Source: a bacterium (GTDB lineage Bacteria; Patescibacteriota; Minisyncoccia; UBA6257; GWB1-50-10). From it: DNA of 64,000 bases. The stretch is taken from positions 91,168 through 155,167 of the forward strand of contig JAJYXV010000015.1 of NCBI GenBank assembly GCA_021801565.1, written 5' to 3'. Positions 37,770 through 48,304 of this stretch are shown here, one piece after another. The notes beneath the pieces are model-generated. The model was not told where the DNA came from. It searched no databases and was given only the letters and a program-made list of their open reading frames with translations. The translations under genes and the position numbers were made by a program. The stretch's first letter is position 1. Each line of letters begins with the position of its first letter.

Positions 37770-38327
37770 TCACATTTTTTTTACTGCAAGAACAAAATAC
37801 TCCAAGAACGTTTCAAATCCAAGTAATGTTCCTTCGGTGATATGTTCCACTTCATTTTCTGAAAGAGAAGTAGGATTTCCAGTTTTTTCACACACAATTC
37901 TTTCTATTATTTCTTTCCATGTGCTCCTCGCCCTTTCTAAAAATACATCCCACGATTCTTTTAAAAAGATTGGTGCTATCTTTTTGTATGCGCCAAAAAA
38001 CTCATTTTTTACAGATATATTATTCCTCTCTCCATTTTCTTTTTTTTGACACCGTACACACCTAATTGCACCGGGAATTGCTTTTAATCGTTCAGTTGGT
38101 ATTTCTTGGCGACAATTGATGCAAATCCCATAACACCCCGTATCTATTTGTCTCAGGGCGATAATCAGATTTGGAACCACATTGCGTATTTTGTGGTCCT
38201 CGTATGGCGACAGAACAGTTTTAGAAAAGAATGGTTTGTATTTTTCCAATCTTCTTTCAATTCGCTTTTTTTGTTGCGAAATAAACTCAGAATTTTTTTC
38301 TCTTTCGCCAATATTTTCAATGAACAC
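37770..38327 (-). CDS. DksA/TraR-family C4 zinc-finger protein.
   Basis: CYGICINCRQEIPTERLKAIPGAIRCVRC (Cx2Cx17Cx2C), typical of the DksA/TraR/YteA family. Confidence 0.55.
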   Translation of the reverse strand: MFIENIGEREKNSEFISQQKKRIERRLEKYKPFFSKTVLSPYEDHKIRNVVPNLIIALRQIDTGCYGICINCRQEIPTERLKAIPGAIRCVRCQKKENGERNNISVKNEFFGAYKKIAPIFLKESWDVFLERARSTWKEIIERIVCEKTGNPTSLSENEVEHITEGTLLGFETFLEYFVLAVKKM

Positions 38328-38380
38328 TCAACCTCCATTTTTTGTGAGTGTAGCTATTATAATATACTTATTATTTTATG

Positions 38381-39373
38381 TCAAATACTATGAATCAATC
38401 CAATTTTTTCTTTTATCTCCTGCATTTTTTTTGCTGCGATCATCTTTGCCTTTTTATTTCCTTTCTCAGTTTCCTTTAATATTCGAGAGAGTTTTTCCTT
38501 TAATTCGGTTTTTTTCTTTTGAAATGGGGCAAGTCCCTCAATCACTACTTCAGCGAGGTCCGATTTAAATTCTCCATATCTCTTCCCAATATATAATTTC
38601 TCGATTTGTTTTATGGTCTTTCCGCTGAATGCCGAATAAATAAGAAGAAGGTTTGAAATTGCGGGTTTCTCTTTTTCGCCGAATCGTACTTCGCTTCCCG
38701 AGTCGGTGACCGCACGCTTTATTTTTTTACGAATTACTTCGGGTTCGTCGTCCAAAAAGAGACATCCCTCGGGGCGTGATTTAGACATTTTCTTTTCTGG
38801 ATCATCCAAACTCATAAGGCGAGGGATCTCGGTATGAAGCGCCTGGGGCTCTATAAATGTTTTTCCAAATTTTGTATTGAATTTTCTCGCGAGTGTACGT
38901 GTTAGTTCCAGGTGTTGGTCCTGATCGTTTCCAACGGGAACGAATTTTGCATCATAAAGAAGAATATCAGAGGTCATAAGAACTGGATAATTAAAAAGTC
39001 CAACATTTACATTTTGTACTGCCGATTCAGACTTATCCTTAAATTGTGTCATACGCGACAATTCTCCAATCGGCGTTATTGTATTTAAAATCCATGCGAG
39101 TTCCGAGTGTTCCGATATTTCAGATTGTACGAATAGAGTAGATTTTTTTGAATCTAAACCCGCGGCGAGAAATGAGAGGAGAACATCGTCAATTTGTGCT
39201 CTTTTTTCTTTTGGATCAAAGTTTTCAGTGAGTGAATGAAGGTCTGCGACAAAGAAAAAACATTCATATTTTCCTGAATCTTGTAGTTCCACAAAATTTT
39301 TGAGCGCCCCGAGATAGTTTCCGATATGGAGTTTTCCCGTAGGTTGTATACCGGAAACAAGAATTGGATTCAT
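38381..39373 (-). CDS. trpS: Tryptophan--tRNA ligase.
   Basis: GIQPTGKLHIGNYLGA (HIGH) and KMSKS (KKMSKS). About 330 aa. Confidence 0.9.
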   Translation of the reverse strand: MNPILVSGIQPTGKLHIGNYLGALKNFVELQDSGKYECFFFVADLHSLTENFDPKEKRAQIDDVLLSFLAAGLDSKKSTLFVQSEISEHSELAWILNTITPIGELSRMTQFKDKSESAVQNVNVGLFNYPVLMTSDILLYDAKFVPVGNDQDQHLELTRTLARKFNTKFGKTFIEPQALHTEIPRLMSLDDPEKKMSKSRPEGCLFLDDEPEVIRKKIKRAVTDSGSEVRFGEKEKPAISNLLLIYSAFSGKTIKQIEKLYIGKRYGEFKSDLAEVVIEGLAPFQKKKTELKEKLSRILKETEKGNKKAKMIAAKKMQEIKEKIGLIHSI

Positions 39374-39570
39374 GATTTAATAGTAATAAGTAACGAGTAA
39401 TCAGTAAACCCCGTTAGAGGCCCGTGTATTGTATTCGATCTTTATGCCTGGTAATAAACCCATGGCGCCCATATATGTATAACAACTGAAGATTCATTCT
39501 CTAACGGGGTAAATAGTAGGGGATTTATAAAAAGAAGTGCCCTCCGGAGGAGGGCAACAAGAATGGAAGT

Positions 39571-39867
39571 TTAACACTGAACAATCCAAATAGCAGCCGA
39601 TTTAAGAAACACTATGAGGCTTGCGCCGGATAATATCAGAAATACATATGCGACCACGCCATCTGCTCCATTGCCATATATAGTATTTATTTGTTCGGCA
39701 TGTTTCATGGTAAGTACGAAAAATATTACGCATACTATAATTGAAACTCCGATATTGTCCCCATGTAGTATTGGAACACACCATCCGATTATTCCCGCAA
39801 TAATCGTTCCAATCACCGCAAGGAATATGTAGAAAATTGCGTCATTTTTACTTATCATTGTTTTCAT
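39571..39867 (-). CDS. Small hypothetical membrane protein (3 TM).
   Basis: 98-aa hydrophobic ORF followed by the hairpin terminator GCCCTCC-GGA-GGAGGGC. Confidence 0.35.
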   Translation of the reverse strand: MKTMISKNDAIFYIFLAVIGTIIAGIIGWCVPILHGDNIGVSIIVCVIFFVLTMKHAEQINTIYGNGADGVVAYVFLILSGASLIVFLKSAAIWIVQC

Positions 39868-39951
39868 TTTTCACCTTCTTTATTTATTGTTGTAAATTAT
39901 TTAACTCTATTTAAATTATACCATATAATATATATTTTTGTCAATATATAG

Positions 39952-39979
39952 AAAAACCCAGTAAAATACTGGGTTTTTT
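39952..39979. terminator. Bidirectional terminator downstream of the RNase J gene.
   Basis: AAAAACCCAGTAAAATACTGGGTTTTTT. Confidence 0.55.
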
Positions 39980-40049
39980 GCTGATTAATGCTGATTTTGC
40001 GGATCGATGCAGATGATGTTAATCCACTTTAAACTTCGCGTGTTTATCC

Positions 40050-41786
40050 CTATATCTCAATAATCACTGGTAAAATCATCGGTCTGCGCTGTGTTTTGGT
40101 ATATAAAAACTGCCCAATTTGGTCGCGCACTAGTGTTTTTACATAATCTGCGTCGAGTCCCTGGTTTTTCTGTTCTGGAATGCGCCCAATAATACCGCGG
40201 ATTTTTCTTCGGATGTCTTCCAAAAGATCCTGATTTTCTTTGAGGTAAATAAATCCGCGAGAAATAATATCCGGATTTTTTAGTATTCTTCCGTTTTCTT
40301 TGCTAAGCGTGGTGATAATAACCACCATTCCTTCTTGTGCAAGTGTTCTTCGGTCTCGGAGCACCACCTCTCCTACGTCACCGACACCGAGTCCGTCTAC
40401 CATAACATAATATGCCGGCACTTGTTCATTTGTAACGCGCACGCTCTCGCGGAGCATTTCCACCACCAATCCATTGTCGGCAAGAATTGTATTTTCCGGT
40501 TTCAGTTTTAATTCTTCCTGTGCAAGTTTTGCATTTCTCCATCGCATAAAATAATATCCGTGAATAGGAAGAAAGAACTTTGGTTTTACAAGACGCATCA
40601 CGGTTTTTAATTCTTCTTGTGGGGCATGTCCTGATGAGTGAATATCAAGCATTTTGTAGTGATAGATAACCGCTCCCTGGCGAGAAAGATTGTCTTTCAG
40701 TGTTTGAACACTTCGTTCGTTTCCCGGAACGACAGAAGAAGAAAGTACCACCGTATCATCCTTTCTGATTTTAATTTGTTTGTGTTCTCCGTTTGCAATA
40801 CGCATAAAACTTCCATTCGGCTCTCCCTGTGCTCCCGTACAGAGGATGAGTAGTTTGTCATCTCTGTAATTTTTTATATCTTCAAGTGGAATGATTGTTC
40901 CGCTTCTTACTTTTGCATACCCAAGTCGTTGGGCTATTTCAAAGTTTGTTTTCATTGAGCGTCCGCTTATTGCCACGTGCCGTCCAAGTCTGTCAGCAAT
41001 TTTTACAATTTCAGTTAAGCGATCAAGGAGGGAAGCGAATGTTCCAATAAGAATACGTCCTGTGGCTGTTTTGAATATTTTTTCAAGTTCTTGCTCTACA
41101 ACGCGCTCCGAAAGGGAAAATCCGGGGGTTTCTGCGCCAGTCGAATCAAGCATAAGTGTATGAATTCCTTCTCTTCCTACCATTTCCCATGTATTAAGTC
41201 CTAATGGTTTTCCACTTGCGTCATAGTCGAATTTAAATTCTCCCGGGTGAACGATATTTCCAATCGGAGTGCGGATAATCATTCCGGTGCCGTCGGGAAT
41301 ATTATGTACCACATTGAAAAATGTGACTGCGAAATTCTTTGAGATTTGTTTTGTTTCTCCTCCGGTGATAATTTCGAATATTGGTTTTGGAGCGTTTTTA
41401 AATTCTTCTTGTCGCTTCATTATGATTTCTTTGGAAAGACGCGTAGTGTAAATTGTTGGATTCCCTATTTTTTCCAACACATGAGGGAGTGCGCCGATAT
41501 GGTCATAATGTCCGTGTGTGATAATAAGACCTTTTATGTTCTGTTTCCGCTCTTCGAGATATGCGGTGTTTGGAATAATATAATCGATCCCGGGAGTTTC
41601 TTCTTCTGGGAATTGTAATCCCGCATCAATAACAAGGATCTCGTCCTTATATTCAAGAAGCATCATGTTTCGACCAATTTCTTCAAGCCCGCCAAGCGGA
41701 ATGAAGCGGAGAGAATCTTTTGATGTGTGGCTCCCATGATCTCTCATGGGCGCTCTCCTTACCACTCTTTTTGTGTTTTTTATCAT
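40050..41786 (-). CDS. rnj: Ribonuclease J (MBL, beta-CASP, C-terminal domain).
   Basis: HGHYDHIGALP motif. Beta-CASP region. About 578 aa with a basic N-terminal extension. Confidence 0.85.
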   Translation of the reverse strand: MIKNTKRVVRRAPMRDHGSHTSKDSLRFIPLGGLEEIGRNMMLLEYKDEILVIDAGLQFPEEETPGIDYIIPNTAYLEERKQNIKGLIITHGHYDHIGALPHVLEKIGNPTIYTTRLSKEIIMKRQEEFKNAPKPIFEIITGGETKQISKNFAVTFFNVVHNIPDGTGMIIRTPIGNIVHPGEFKFDYDASGKPLGLNTWEMVGREGIHTLMLDSTGAETPGFSLSERVVEQELEKIFKTATGRILIGTFASLLDRLTEIVKIADRLGRHVAISGRSMKTNFEIAQRLGYAKVRSGTIIPLEDIKNYRDDKLLILCTGAQGEPNGSFMRIANGEHKQIKIRKDDTVVLSSSVVPGNERSVQTLKDNLSRQGAVIYHYKMLDIHSSGHAPQEELKTVMRLVKPKFFLPIHGYYFMRWRNAKLAQEELKLKPENTILADNGLVVEMLRESVRVTNEQVPAYYVMVDGLGVGDVGEVVLRDRRTLAQEGMVVIITTLSKENGRILKNPDIISRGFIYLKENQDLLEDIRRKIRGIIGRIPEQKNQGLDADYVKTLVRDQIGQFLYTKTQRRPMILPVIIEI

Positions 41787-41836
41787 ATAAAATATGTTTT
41801 TAGATAAATACGCTAATATTAAATTATTTATCTTTG

Positions 41837-41920
41837 TGCTGAGGGGGAGACTTGAACTCCCACGAGGTTGCCCTCTCCAGGCCCTGAACCTGGTGCGTCT
41901 GCCAATTTCGCCACCTCAGC
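41837..41920 (-). tRNA. tRNA-Leu (anticodon CAG), type II with a long variable arm. No CCA encoded.
   Basis: Minus strand GCTGAGG..CCAGG-TTCAGGG-CCTGG-AGAGGGCAACCTCGT-GGGAG-TTCAAGT-CTCCC-CCTCAGC-A, 84 nt. Confidence 0.85.
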
Positions 41921-41932
41921 AATTATGTGGCA

Positions 41933-42844
41933 TTATTTTTCAAATTCCCTTTTGAACAAATCAATGTATGGAGTGTGTTGCGGAGACATTCCCTTTTTTT
42001 CCGCAATTTTTTTTGTAATCAATATAATTTGTGTGAACGCATTAAAGAATATATCTTTATTTTTTGTTCCATTAAGATTTATCACTATTGGAGACATATT
42101 TCTTTTTTTAAAAAATGCAACAAGCGCTTTTATTTTTTCCTTGTCTTTTTGTGTTATTTTTTTGGAAACCAGAAACAAAGGAATAAACAATTGTGGCATT
42201 TGGCTCACCCCCTCTATCTCATTGTGTGCAATTTCTGGGACCATACCTGAAAATGCTGGAATTTTTGCGGTTTCATTAAAAAATACCTTCCACATGAGCC
42301 CCAATGGAGCTAATGATTTATCTGTATAAATAAGAGGAATACGTGTCCCAATTTTTTTTACGATATCACCACCGTGTCCCGATGGCTCTTTTTTCTTCGG
42401 AAGCATATTAACTTTTCTAAGAGGAAAACAATAAGAGAGGAGAGTGATGACAGTGTGTAGATTATATATCAAACCCTCACGCGGTGTCAAATTATATGTT
42501 TCGAATGTGCCGAATGGAAGTTTGTGCTTTCTTGCAATTTGTTCTTCTCGTCCGCCAGAAGTTACGACAGCGATATTCTTTTTTTTCTTTATTGCCTCGC
42601 GAAGCGCGGCTATTGTTTCGTGTGTATTTCCAGAAAACGACGAAAAAACAAACAACGGTTTTTTTGCTTCAAAATGGGGAAGCGTATAGTCTTTTGAAAC
42701 AAATACGGGAACGGTTAATCCGACATCGTCTTTTATAAATTTTAGTATGTCTCCCACAAGTCCTGATCCTCCCATACCGACAATCACCACCGCATCAAAT
42801 TTTCCTCTTTTTATTCTCTCTTCATTTATAATTTGACACACCAT
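41933..42844 (-). CDS. SIS-domain bifunctional phosphoglucose/phosphomannose isomerase family protein.
   Basis: VGMGGSG and SFSGNTHET motifs of the SIS domain. About 300 aa, like archaeal-type PGI/PMI. Confidence 0.55.
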   Translation of the reverse strand: MVCQIINEERIKRGKFDAVVIVGMGGSGLVGDILKFIKDDVGLTVPVFVSKDYTLPHFEAKKPLFVFSSFSGNTHETIAALREAIKKKKNIAVVTSGGREEQIARKHKLPFGTFETYNLTPREGLIYNLHTVITLLSYCFPLRKVNMLPKKKEPSGHGGDIVKKIGTRIPLIYTDKSLAPLGLMWKVFFNETAKIPAFSGMVPEIAHNEIEGVSQMPQLFIPLFLVSKKITQKDKEKIKALVAFFKKRNMSPIVINLNGTKNKDIFFNAFTQIILITKKIAEKKGMSPQHTPYIDLFKREFEK

Positions 42845-42850
42845 AATTGT

Positions 42851-44455
42851 TTATTCCAATATGCGAGCTTTTGTGACATACCACTTTTCTATATTAAGAA
42901 AACGATCGCGTGGATTTGAAATAGAAAGCGTTGGATCCTCTTCGTAAATAACTCCGCCGAGTTCCGAAGTGTGAATATACATATAGGGAACGGTATAAAG
43001 AAATATTGCTGGGTTATCTTTTTTTATTTCTCCTTCAGCATTTTTCAAAAGATCTTCTTGTTGGGGCGTATCTTTTGTTTGGCGGATAGTGTCGATAAGA
43101 AGATCGAGTTTTTGGTTTTTGTAAAAAGAGAGATTAAGTCCTGGGTACATTCGTTCGGAAGAATGCCAGAACGGAAAGAGATCCCTTTTGTTTTCAAGTA
43201 TATTTCCAAAAAGGAGCACTTCATATTCATTTGTTTTTATTACTTTTTCGACGATATCTTTTGGTTCCACCGTGCGTATAGTGACACTTTCTATCCCTTC
43301 TAAATTCATCCATTGTTTTTTTATTTCCTCTGCGGTTTTTTCGAGAAAATCTATTTTCGGAACAGTGAGAGAAATATTTATTCCTTTTAACTTTGCTTTT
43401 TTAAGAAGCGCACGCGCATCTTCAATATTTTGAGGGGGTGATTCGCGTTCTAAAAGCGGACCGCTTATTGCTTCTGCGTGGCCATTAGGAAACACAGATG
43501 AAAGTATTTCGTTTCTATCTGTTGATAAAGAAAGCGCTTTTCGCAGTGAATCGTTTTTTAATAATTCACTTGTGCTGAGATTGAAGAAAAGAGCATAATA
43601 ACGAGACATTGGAATGTCTGTTATTTTTATTTGAGGTGAAGCTATGGTTTTTGTTTCAATAATTCCGACACTTCCGAATCCATCGATTTCTCTCAAGCGA
43701 AATGCTTTTAATAAATTTTCTTCATTTTCGTAAAATCGAAAAATAAATTTTTGGATAAATGGCTGTGTTCCGTGATATGTTTCGTTTTTTATCAGCTCAT
43801 ATTCAGTAATAAATCCGTCCTTTCGCTGTGAAAACGTTTTGAAACGGTATGGTCCGCTGCCGATCGGTTCAAGATTATATGATGAAAGATGAATATTTTG
43901 TGCGGGAATGCTTCCGAAAATATGCTTTGGAATAATGGGAAGTTTTTTTAATGTTTCGTCGAAAAACGAATAAGGAACAGGAAGCGCAAGCCTCACTTGC
44001 AATTCGCTCATTCGTTCTGCAATAACCCCCTCTACAGTATTTGAAAGGGGAGACTGATTTCCGAGTTCTTGTGCGGCACGTATAGTAAATACCACATCAT
44101 CACTCAAAAGTGGCTTTGCATCATCCCATGTAAGTCCTTCTTTGAGATTTAAGATAAATACACGTCCATTGTCTTCTGTGGTGTATGTATCGATGATGTC
44201 TGAAATTTTTGGGTAAATAAGAGCGCTTATATCCTGATCTGTCGGGTTTCCGGAGATAATCGGGTTTACTGCAATTGGTTGCCCCACAATCCCTTCTCTG
44301 TATAGTCCCCCCCGAACAGGAACGAGTGTACTATTTTCATCTATCGCTGTGGTGATGCGTGCGATGCTTGCAATAAGGAAAAGAGCAACAAAACACATGA
44401 GTATTTTAAACTCCCTTTTGGTAAGCGATGCAAATACGTTTTTTAAGAAAATCAT
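42851..44455 (-). CDS. ABC-transporter substrate-binding protein, family 5 (peptide/nickel type).
   Basis: N-terminal TM/signal anchor. About 530 aa with family-5 SBP architecture. Moderate confidence. Confidence 0.5.
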   Translation of the reverse strand: MIFLKNVFASLTKREFKILMCFVALFLIASIARITTAIDENSTLVPVRGGLYREGIVGQPIAVNPIISGNPTDQDISALIYPKISDIIDTYTTEDNGRVFILNLKEGLTWDDAKPLLSDDVVFTIRAAQELGNQSPLSNTVEGVIAERMSELQVRLALPVPYSFFDETLKKLPIIPKHIFGSIPAQNIHLSSYNLEPIGSGPYRFKTFSQRKDGFITEYELIKNETYHGTQPFIQKFIFRFYENEENLLKAFRLREIDGFGSVGIIETKTIASPQIKITDIPMSRYYALFFNLSTSELLKNDSLRKALSLSTDRNEILSSVFPNGHAEAISGPLLERESPPQNIEDARALLKKAKLKGINISLTVPKIDFLEKTAEEIKKQWMNLEGIESVTIRTVEPKDIVEKVIKTNEYEVLLFGNILENKRDLFPFWHSSERMYPGLNLSFYKNQKLDLLIDTIRQTKDTPQQEDLLKNAEGEIKKDNPAIFLYTVPYMYIHTSELGGVIYEEDPTLSISNPRDRFLNIEKWYVTKARILE

Positions 44456-44519
44456 TGAGATAACTAAAAAATCAAAATTCGGTCATTAGAGAGGACGGAG
44501 TATGTAATAAAAGCTTGTA

Positions 44520-44735
44520 TTAGACCGTGATAAGTTTGAGAATGGCCAGTGCCACAAAAATAATTCCGCACACCACTGTCGCCCAAAAAATTCCTTTCTC
44601 TAATCCGCGGCGAGTTTGATATGATGCATCAGCCCCTCCCCCCCCAAGTACCCCAGACAGTCCGCTTGACCGCTCTTGAAGAAGAATAAGGACAATAAGA
44701 ACAATTGAAATTATTACTTCAGCGATGTTTAACAT
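44520..44735 (-). CDS. secG: Preprotein translocase subunit SecG.
   Basis: 71 aa, two TM helices. LLQERSSGLSGVLGGGG motif. Confidence 0.8.
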   Translation of the reverse strand: MLNIAEVIISIVLIVLILLQERSSGLSGVLGGGGADASYQTRRGLEKGIFWATVVCGIIFVALAILKLITV

Positions 44736-44740
44736 ATTAT

Positions 44741-45109
44741 TTAATCCCCTTTATATAAAAATTTTCCACTTGTTGAGATAATAAAATTCACAAATCCAAC
44801 CAGCAATGAAGCGTAAAGAAGTGGAATATACCCCTGTATTGTAAGTGGCTGACTGAATATGTCAAGAATGAATAATGTTGCCGCGTTTACTACGATAATA
44901 AATAATCCGAGCGTGAGTACAATAAGCGGACCGAGGACGAGTTTCAATATGGGGCGGATAAACGTATTGATAATAGAAAGAATGGTGCCCGCAATAATGA
45001 GATCAAGAAATCCTCCAGAAAAATTAAATCCCGTAATAAAGTATGCAGCCGCATAAAGCGCGATAGAATTTGAAAATATAGAAAAAATGAGTTTCCAGAT
45101 AATTTTCAT
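44741..45109 (-). CDS. DUF360 / phage-holin-4-like four-TM membrane protein (YvlD-like).
   Basis: 122 aa, four TM helices, pattern like YvlD/DUF360. Confidence 0.45.
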   Translation of the reverse strand: MKIIWKLIFSIFSNSIALYAAAYFITGFNFSGGFLDLIIAGTILSIINTFIRPILKLVLGPLIVLTLGLFIIVVNAATLFILDIFSQPLTIQGYIPLLYASLLVGFVNFIISTSGKFLYKGD

Positions 45110-45127
45110 ATATTAATTATATCTGTT

Positions 45128-46678
45128 TTATGTTAATTGTTCGAGAAGGCTTTGTCCCGTCATTTCCTTTGGTTTTTGAATTCCCATAAGCATAAGAATT
45201 GTCGGAGCGACATCGGAAAGAAGTCCTATAACTGGGGGTCGCGATGGTTTTGGAGATGTGTTTTGTTTTTGGAATTCCTTTCCAATGAGGTAAAAGGGGA
45301 CTGGGTTTGCGTCATGCTTTGTTTCTGGCTGTCCGGTTTGCGTACTAATAAGTGTTTCCGCATTTCCATGATCTGAAGTAATAATAAGAATGTGATTTTG
45401 TGCGAGTGTTGCATTAATGAGTCGTTCCATTTCAACGTTGATCACGCGGACCGCTTGTACTGTGGCATCAAAATCTCCGGTGTGGGCGATAATATCTGGA
45501 TTTGCATAATTTACGAGTATGAAATCAAATCCTCCTTCATTCAATGCGACGATTACTCTATCGGTAATCGCACTTGCCATCATTTCTGGATGCTCTTCAT
45601 AATGAGCTACATTTTTTGATGGAATAAGAACGCGATATTCGTTCGGATATGGTTTTTCCTGAAGTCCATTGAAGAAATAGGTTACGTGTGCATATTTTTC
45701 CGTTTCCGCGATACGTAATTGTACTCGTCCAGCGTCAGAGATAACTTTTCCAAGCGGATTGATAATATCTTCTCTTTTAAATGCAACTGGCACAGAAAAG
45801 TCATCTCGATATTCTATCATTGTGGTAATAAGGAGATTTTGGAATTTTTTTGTCTGAAATATTGAAAACTCTGGATTTACAAATGCCTCGACAATTTGTC
45901 TCATGCGATCTTCTCTAAAGTTAAAAAAAAGAATTGAATCCCCGTCTTTAATTGGGTTCACTTTTTCAATGATGGTTGGTTCTATATATTCATCATTGAG
46001 CTTTTTCCTGTATATTTCCTCTATTGCGTTCTGCGCGTTTGTAATACGAACGGTTTCTGGGTGTACCAACATGTTATATGTTTTTTCCGTTCGATCCCAG
46101 TGTTTGTCTCTGTCCATGGCATAATATCTTCCTATGAGTGTGGCGATTGTTCCTATACCATATTTTTTTATTTCTTTTTCTAATTTTTCTATGTATGTTG
46201 TAATAAGTTGTGGTGCGCTATCTCTCCCATCACTGATAATATGTATACACACACGTGGACACCCCTCTCTTTTTGCCATATCAAGAAGTGCTATAAGATG
46301 TGTAAATGCTGAATGAACAACTCCCTCACCAACGAGGCCAATCAAATGAAGCGTGCCGTTGTTTTTTTTTGCATGTGCGAACGAGTTTTTTAAAACTTCA
46401 TTTTTAAAAAAAGTTCCCTCTTCTATTGCGAGCGTGATCCTTGGATAGTGCTGATAAAATACCCTTCCTGCCCCGATGGTAAGATGTCCAATTTCGCTGT
46501 TTCCTTCTTCATCCCATGGCATTCCAATTGAAATGCCAGATGCTTGAAGCGCACCATACGGAAAGTTCTCTTCGATAAATTTGAACGTGTTTAGTTGTGC
46601 CTGATGAATTGGGTTTGATTCGTCTGCCCTTCCAAATCCCCACCCATCAAGAATAACAAGTGTACAAATACGCTTCAT
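45128..46678 (-). CDS. gpmI: 2,3-bisphosphoglycerate-independent phosphoglycerate mutase.
   Basis: N-terminus LVILDGWGFG.. and metal-binding Ser/His/Asp motifs of iPGM. 516 aa. Confidence 0.9.
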   Translation of the reverse strand: MKRICTLVILDGWGFGRADESNPIHQAQLNTFKFIEENFPYGALQASGISIGMPWDEEGNSEIGHLTIGAGRVFYQHYPRITLAIEEGTFFKNEVLKNSFAHAKKNNGTLHLIGLVGEGVVHSAFTHLIALLDMAKREGCPRVCIHIISDGRDSAPQLITTYIEKLEKEIKKYGIGTIATLIGRYYAMDRDKHWDRTEKTYNMLVHPETVRITNAQNAIEEIYRKKLNDEYIEPTIIEKVNPIKDGDSILFFNFREDRMRQIVEAFVNPEFSIFQTKKFQNLLITTMIEYRDDFSVPVAFKREDIINPLGKVISDAGRVQLRIAETEKYAHVTYFFNGLQEKPYPNEYRVLIPSKNVAHYEEHPEMMASAITDRVIVALNEGGFDFILVNYANPDIIAHTGDFDATVQAVRVINVEMERLINATLAQNHILIITSDHGNAETLISTQTGQPETKHDANPVPFYLIGKEFQKQNTSPKPSRPPVIGLLSDVAPTILMLMGIQKPKEMTGQSLLEQLT

Positions 46679-46783
46679 ATTATATGTATTGTACGTCTTT
46701 TGACATCAATGGGGAAGGAGATATAAAATAAATATTGAAAGAGAAAACGTCGATGTATATAAAACTTTCAATTTTTTCGTATT

Positions 46784-48304
46784 ATGAACCCCAACATATT
46801 GTTGGCGGCTGGTTTTGTTTTAGGAATCGTTCTTGGCTATTTCGCACGCATTTGGATAGCTCTCCGCAAGAGAGGTTCATTAGAATCTAGAGCACAAGAG
46901 CAGCTTGAAACTGCAAAATCAGAGGCCAAAGAGACCGTGTTAGCCGCAAACGAAAAAGCAGCGGCTATTATTGCAGACGCGCAAAAAGAAGAGCGCGAAC
47001 GAAAACAAGATCTTCGAAAACTTGAAGATCATTTACTGAAAAAAGAGGCACTTCTCGAGCGTCAACACGCAGAATCAGAGACTCTTACTACAAGAAAAAG
47101 AGAAGAACTTGATCGGTTGAAAAATATAGAAAATGAAGTAAAAGCGAGTCGTGAAAAGGTGGTGCAAGAGCTTGAGCGAGTTGCGGGAATGTCAAAAGAG
47201 GAAGCACGAAGCCAAATGATAAAAGAACTTGAGCGAGATTCGCATAAGGAACTTGCTGAAAAAATCGTGGCACTTGAACGGGAAAGGAAAAACGAAATTG
47301 AAGCAAAAAGTACCGAGATTATTACTTCGGTGATTCAGCGATATGCGCGTAACTGTATTGGAGATGTAACCACAAGCGTAGTAAATCTCCCCAATGAAGA
47401 TATAAAAGGAAAAGTAATCGGTCGGGAGGGAAGAAATATTCGTACCTTTGAACGCCTTACGGGAGTCGAACTTATTGTTGATGAAACCCCAGAGAGTATC
47501 CTTATTTCGTCATTTGATCCACTACGGAGGGAACTTGCAAAAATAGCGCTTGAAAAACTAATTAAAGATGGACGTATACAGCCTGCAAAAATTGAAGAGA
47601 AAGTAGAAGAAGCGCGATTAGAACTTGAAGATCATATAAAAAAAGTAGGCGAAGAAGCGGCGTTTGAAGTTGGTATCCTTGATCTACCGAAAGAAATTGT
47701 CTATTTACTTGGGCGTTTGAATTATCGAACGAGTTACGGGCAGAATGTGTTGAATCATTCGATTGAAATGACGCATATTGCGGGGATGATGGCGTCAGAG
47801 TTACATCTAAAAGTTGATGTTACAAAAAAAGCAGCACTTCTCCATGATATTGGAAAAGCAGTTGACCACGAGGTAGAGGGAAGTCATGTGGATATAGGAA
47901 GAAAACTTCTCAAGAAATATGGAATTCATGAAGATGTGATTAAAGCAATGGAGTCCCATCATGATGAGTATCCATATTCATCTCCGGAATCGCATTTAGT
48001 GGCAACCGCTGATATTATTTCTGCTGCGCGTCCAGGTGCGCGTAGAGATACACTCGAAAAGTATCTGAAAAGACTTGAAGATATTGAACGGGTGGTAAAA
48101 AGTTTTGAGGGGATTAACCAAGCATATGCGGTATCTGCCGGAAGAGAGGTGAGAGTGTTTGTAACTCCTGAAAAAATTGATGATTTTGGCGCATTGCAAC
48201 TCGCAAAACAGGTTGCGGCAAAAATTCAATCAGAGGTGCAATACCCCGGAGAGGTAAAAGTGGTTGTAATTCGTGAAGTGAAGGCGGTAGAATATGCCAA
48301 GTAA
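46784..48304 (+). CDS. rny: Ribonuclease Y.
   Basis: N-terminal TM helix, coiled coil, KH domain (GREGRNIRTFERLTGVELIVDE), HD domain (HSIEMTHIAG..LLHDIGKA). Confidence 0.9.
   Translation: MNPNILLAAGFVLGIVLGYFARIWIALRKRGSLESRAQEQLETAKSEAKETVLAANEKAAAIIADAQKEERERKQDLRKLEDHLLKKEALLERQHAESETLTTRKREELDRLKNIENEVKASREKVVQELERVAGMSKEEARSQMIKELERDSHKELAEKIVALERERKNEIEAKSTEIITSVIQRYARNCIGDVTTSVVNLPNEDIKGKVIGREGRNIRTFERLTGVELIVDETPESILISSFDPLRRELAKIALEKLIKDGRIQPAKIEEKVEEARLELEDHIKKVGEEAAFEVGILDLPKEIVYLLGRLNYRTSYGQNVLNHSIEMTHIAGMMASELHLKVDVTKKAALLHDIGKAVDHEVEGSHVDIGRKLLKKYGIHEDVIKAMESHHDEYPYSSPESHLVATADIISAARPGARRDTLEKYLKRLEDIERVVKSFEGINQAYAVSAGREVRVFVTPEKIDDFGALQLAKQVAAKIQSEVQYPGEVKVVVIREVKAVEYAK

Noticed and set aside
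39374-39560. A T-box riboswitch upstream of trpS.
   Set aside because: The leader is under 190 nt and lacks the T-box consensus (AATTAGGGTGGNACCGCG) and specifier-loop architecture. Reported only as an unclassified stem-enclosed element.
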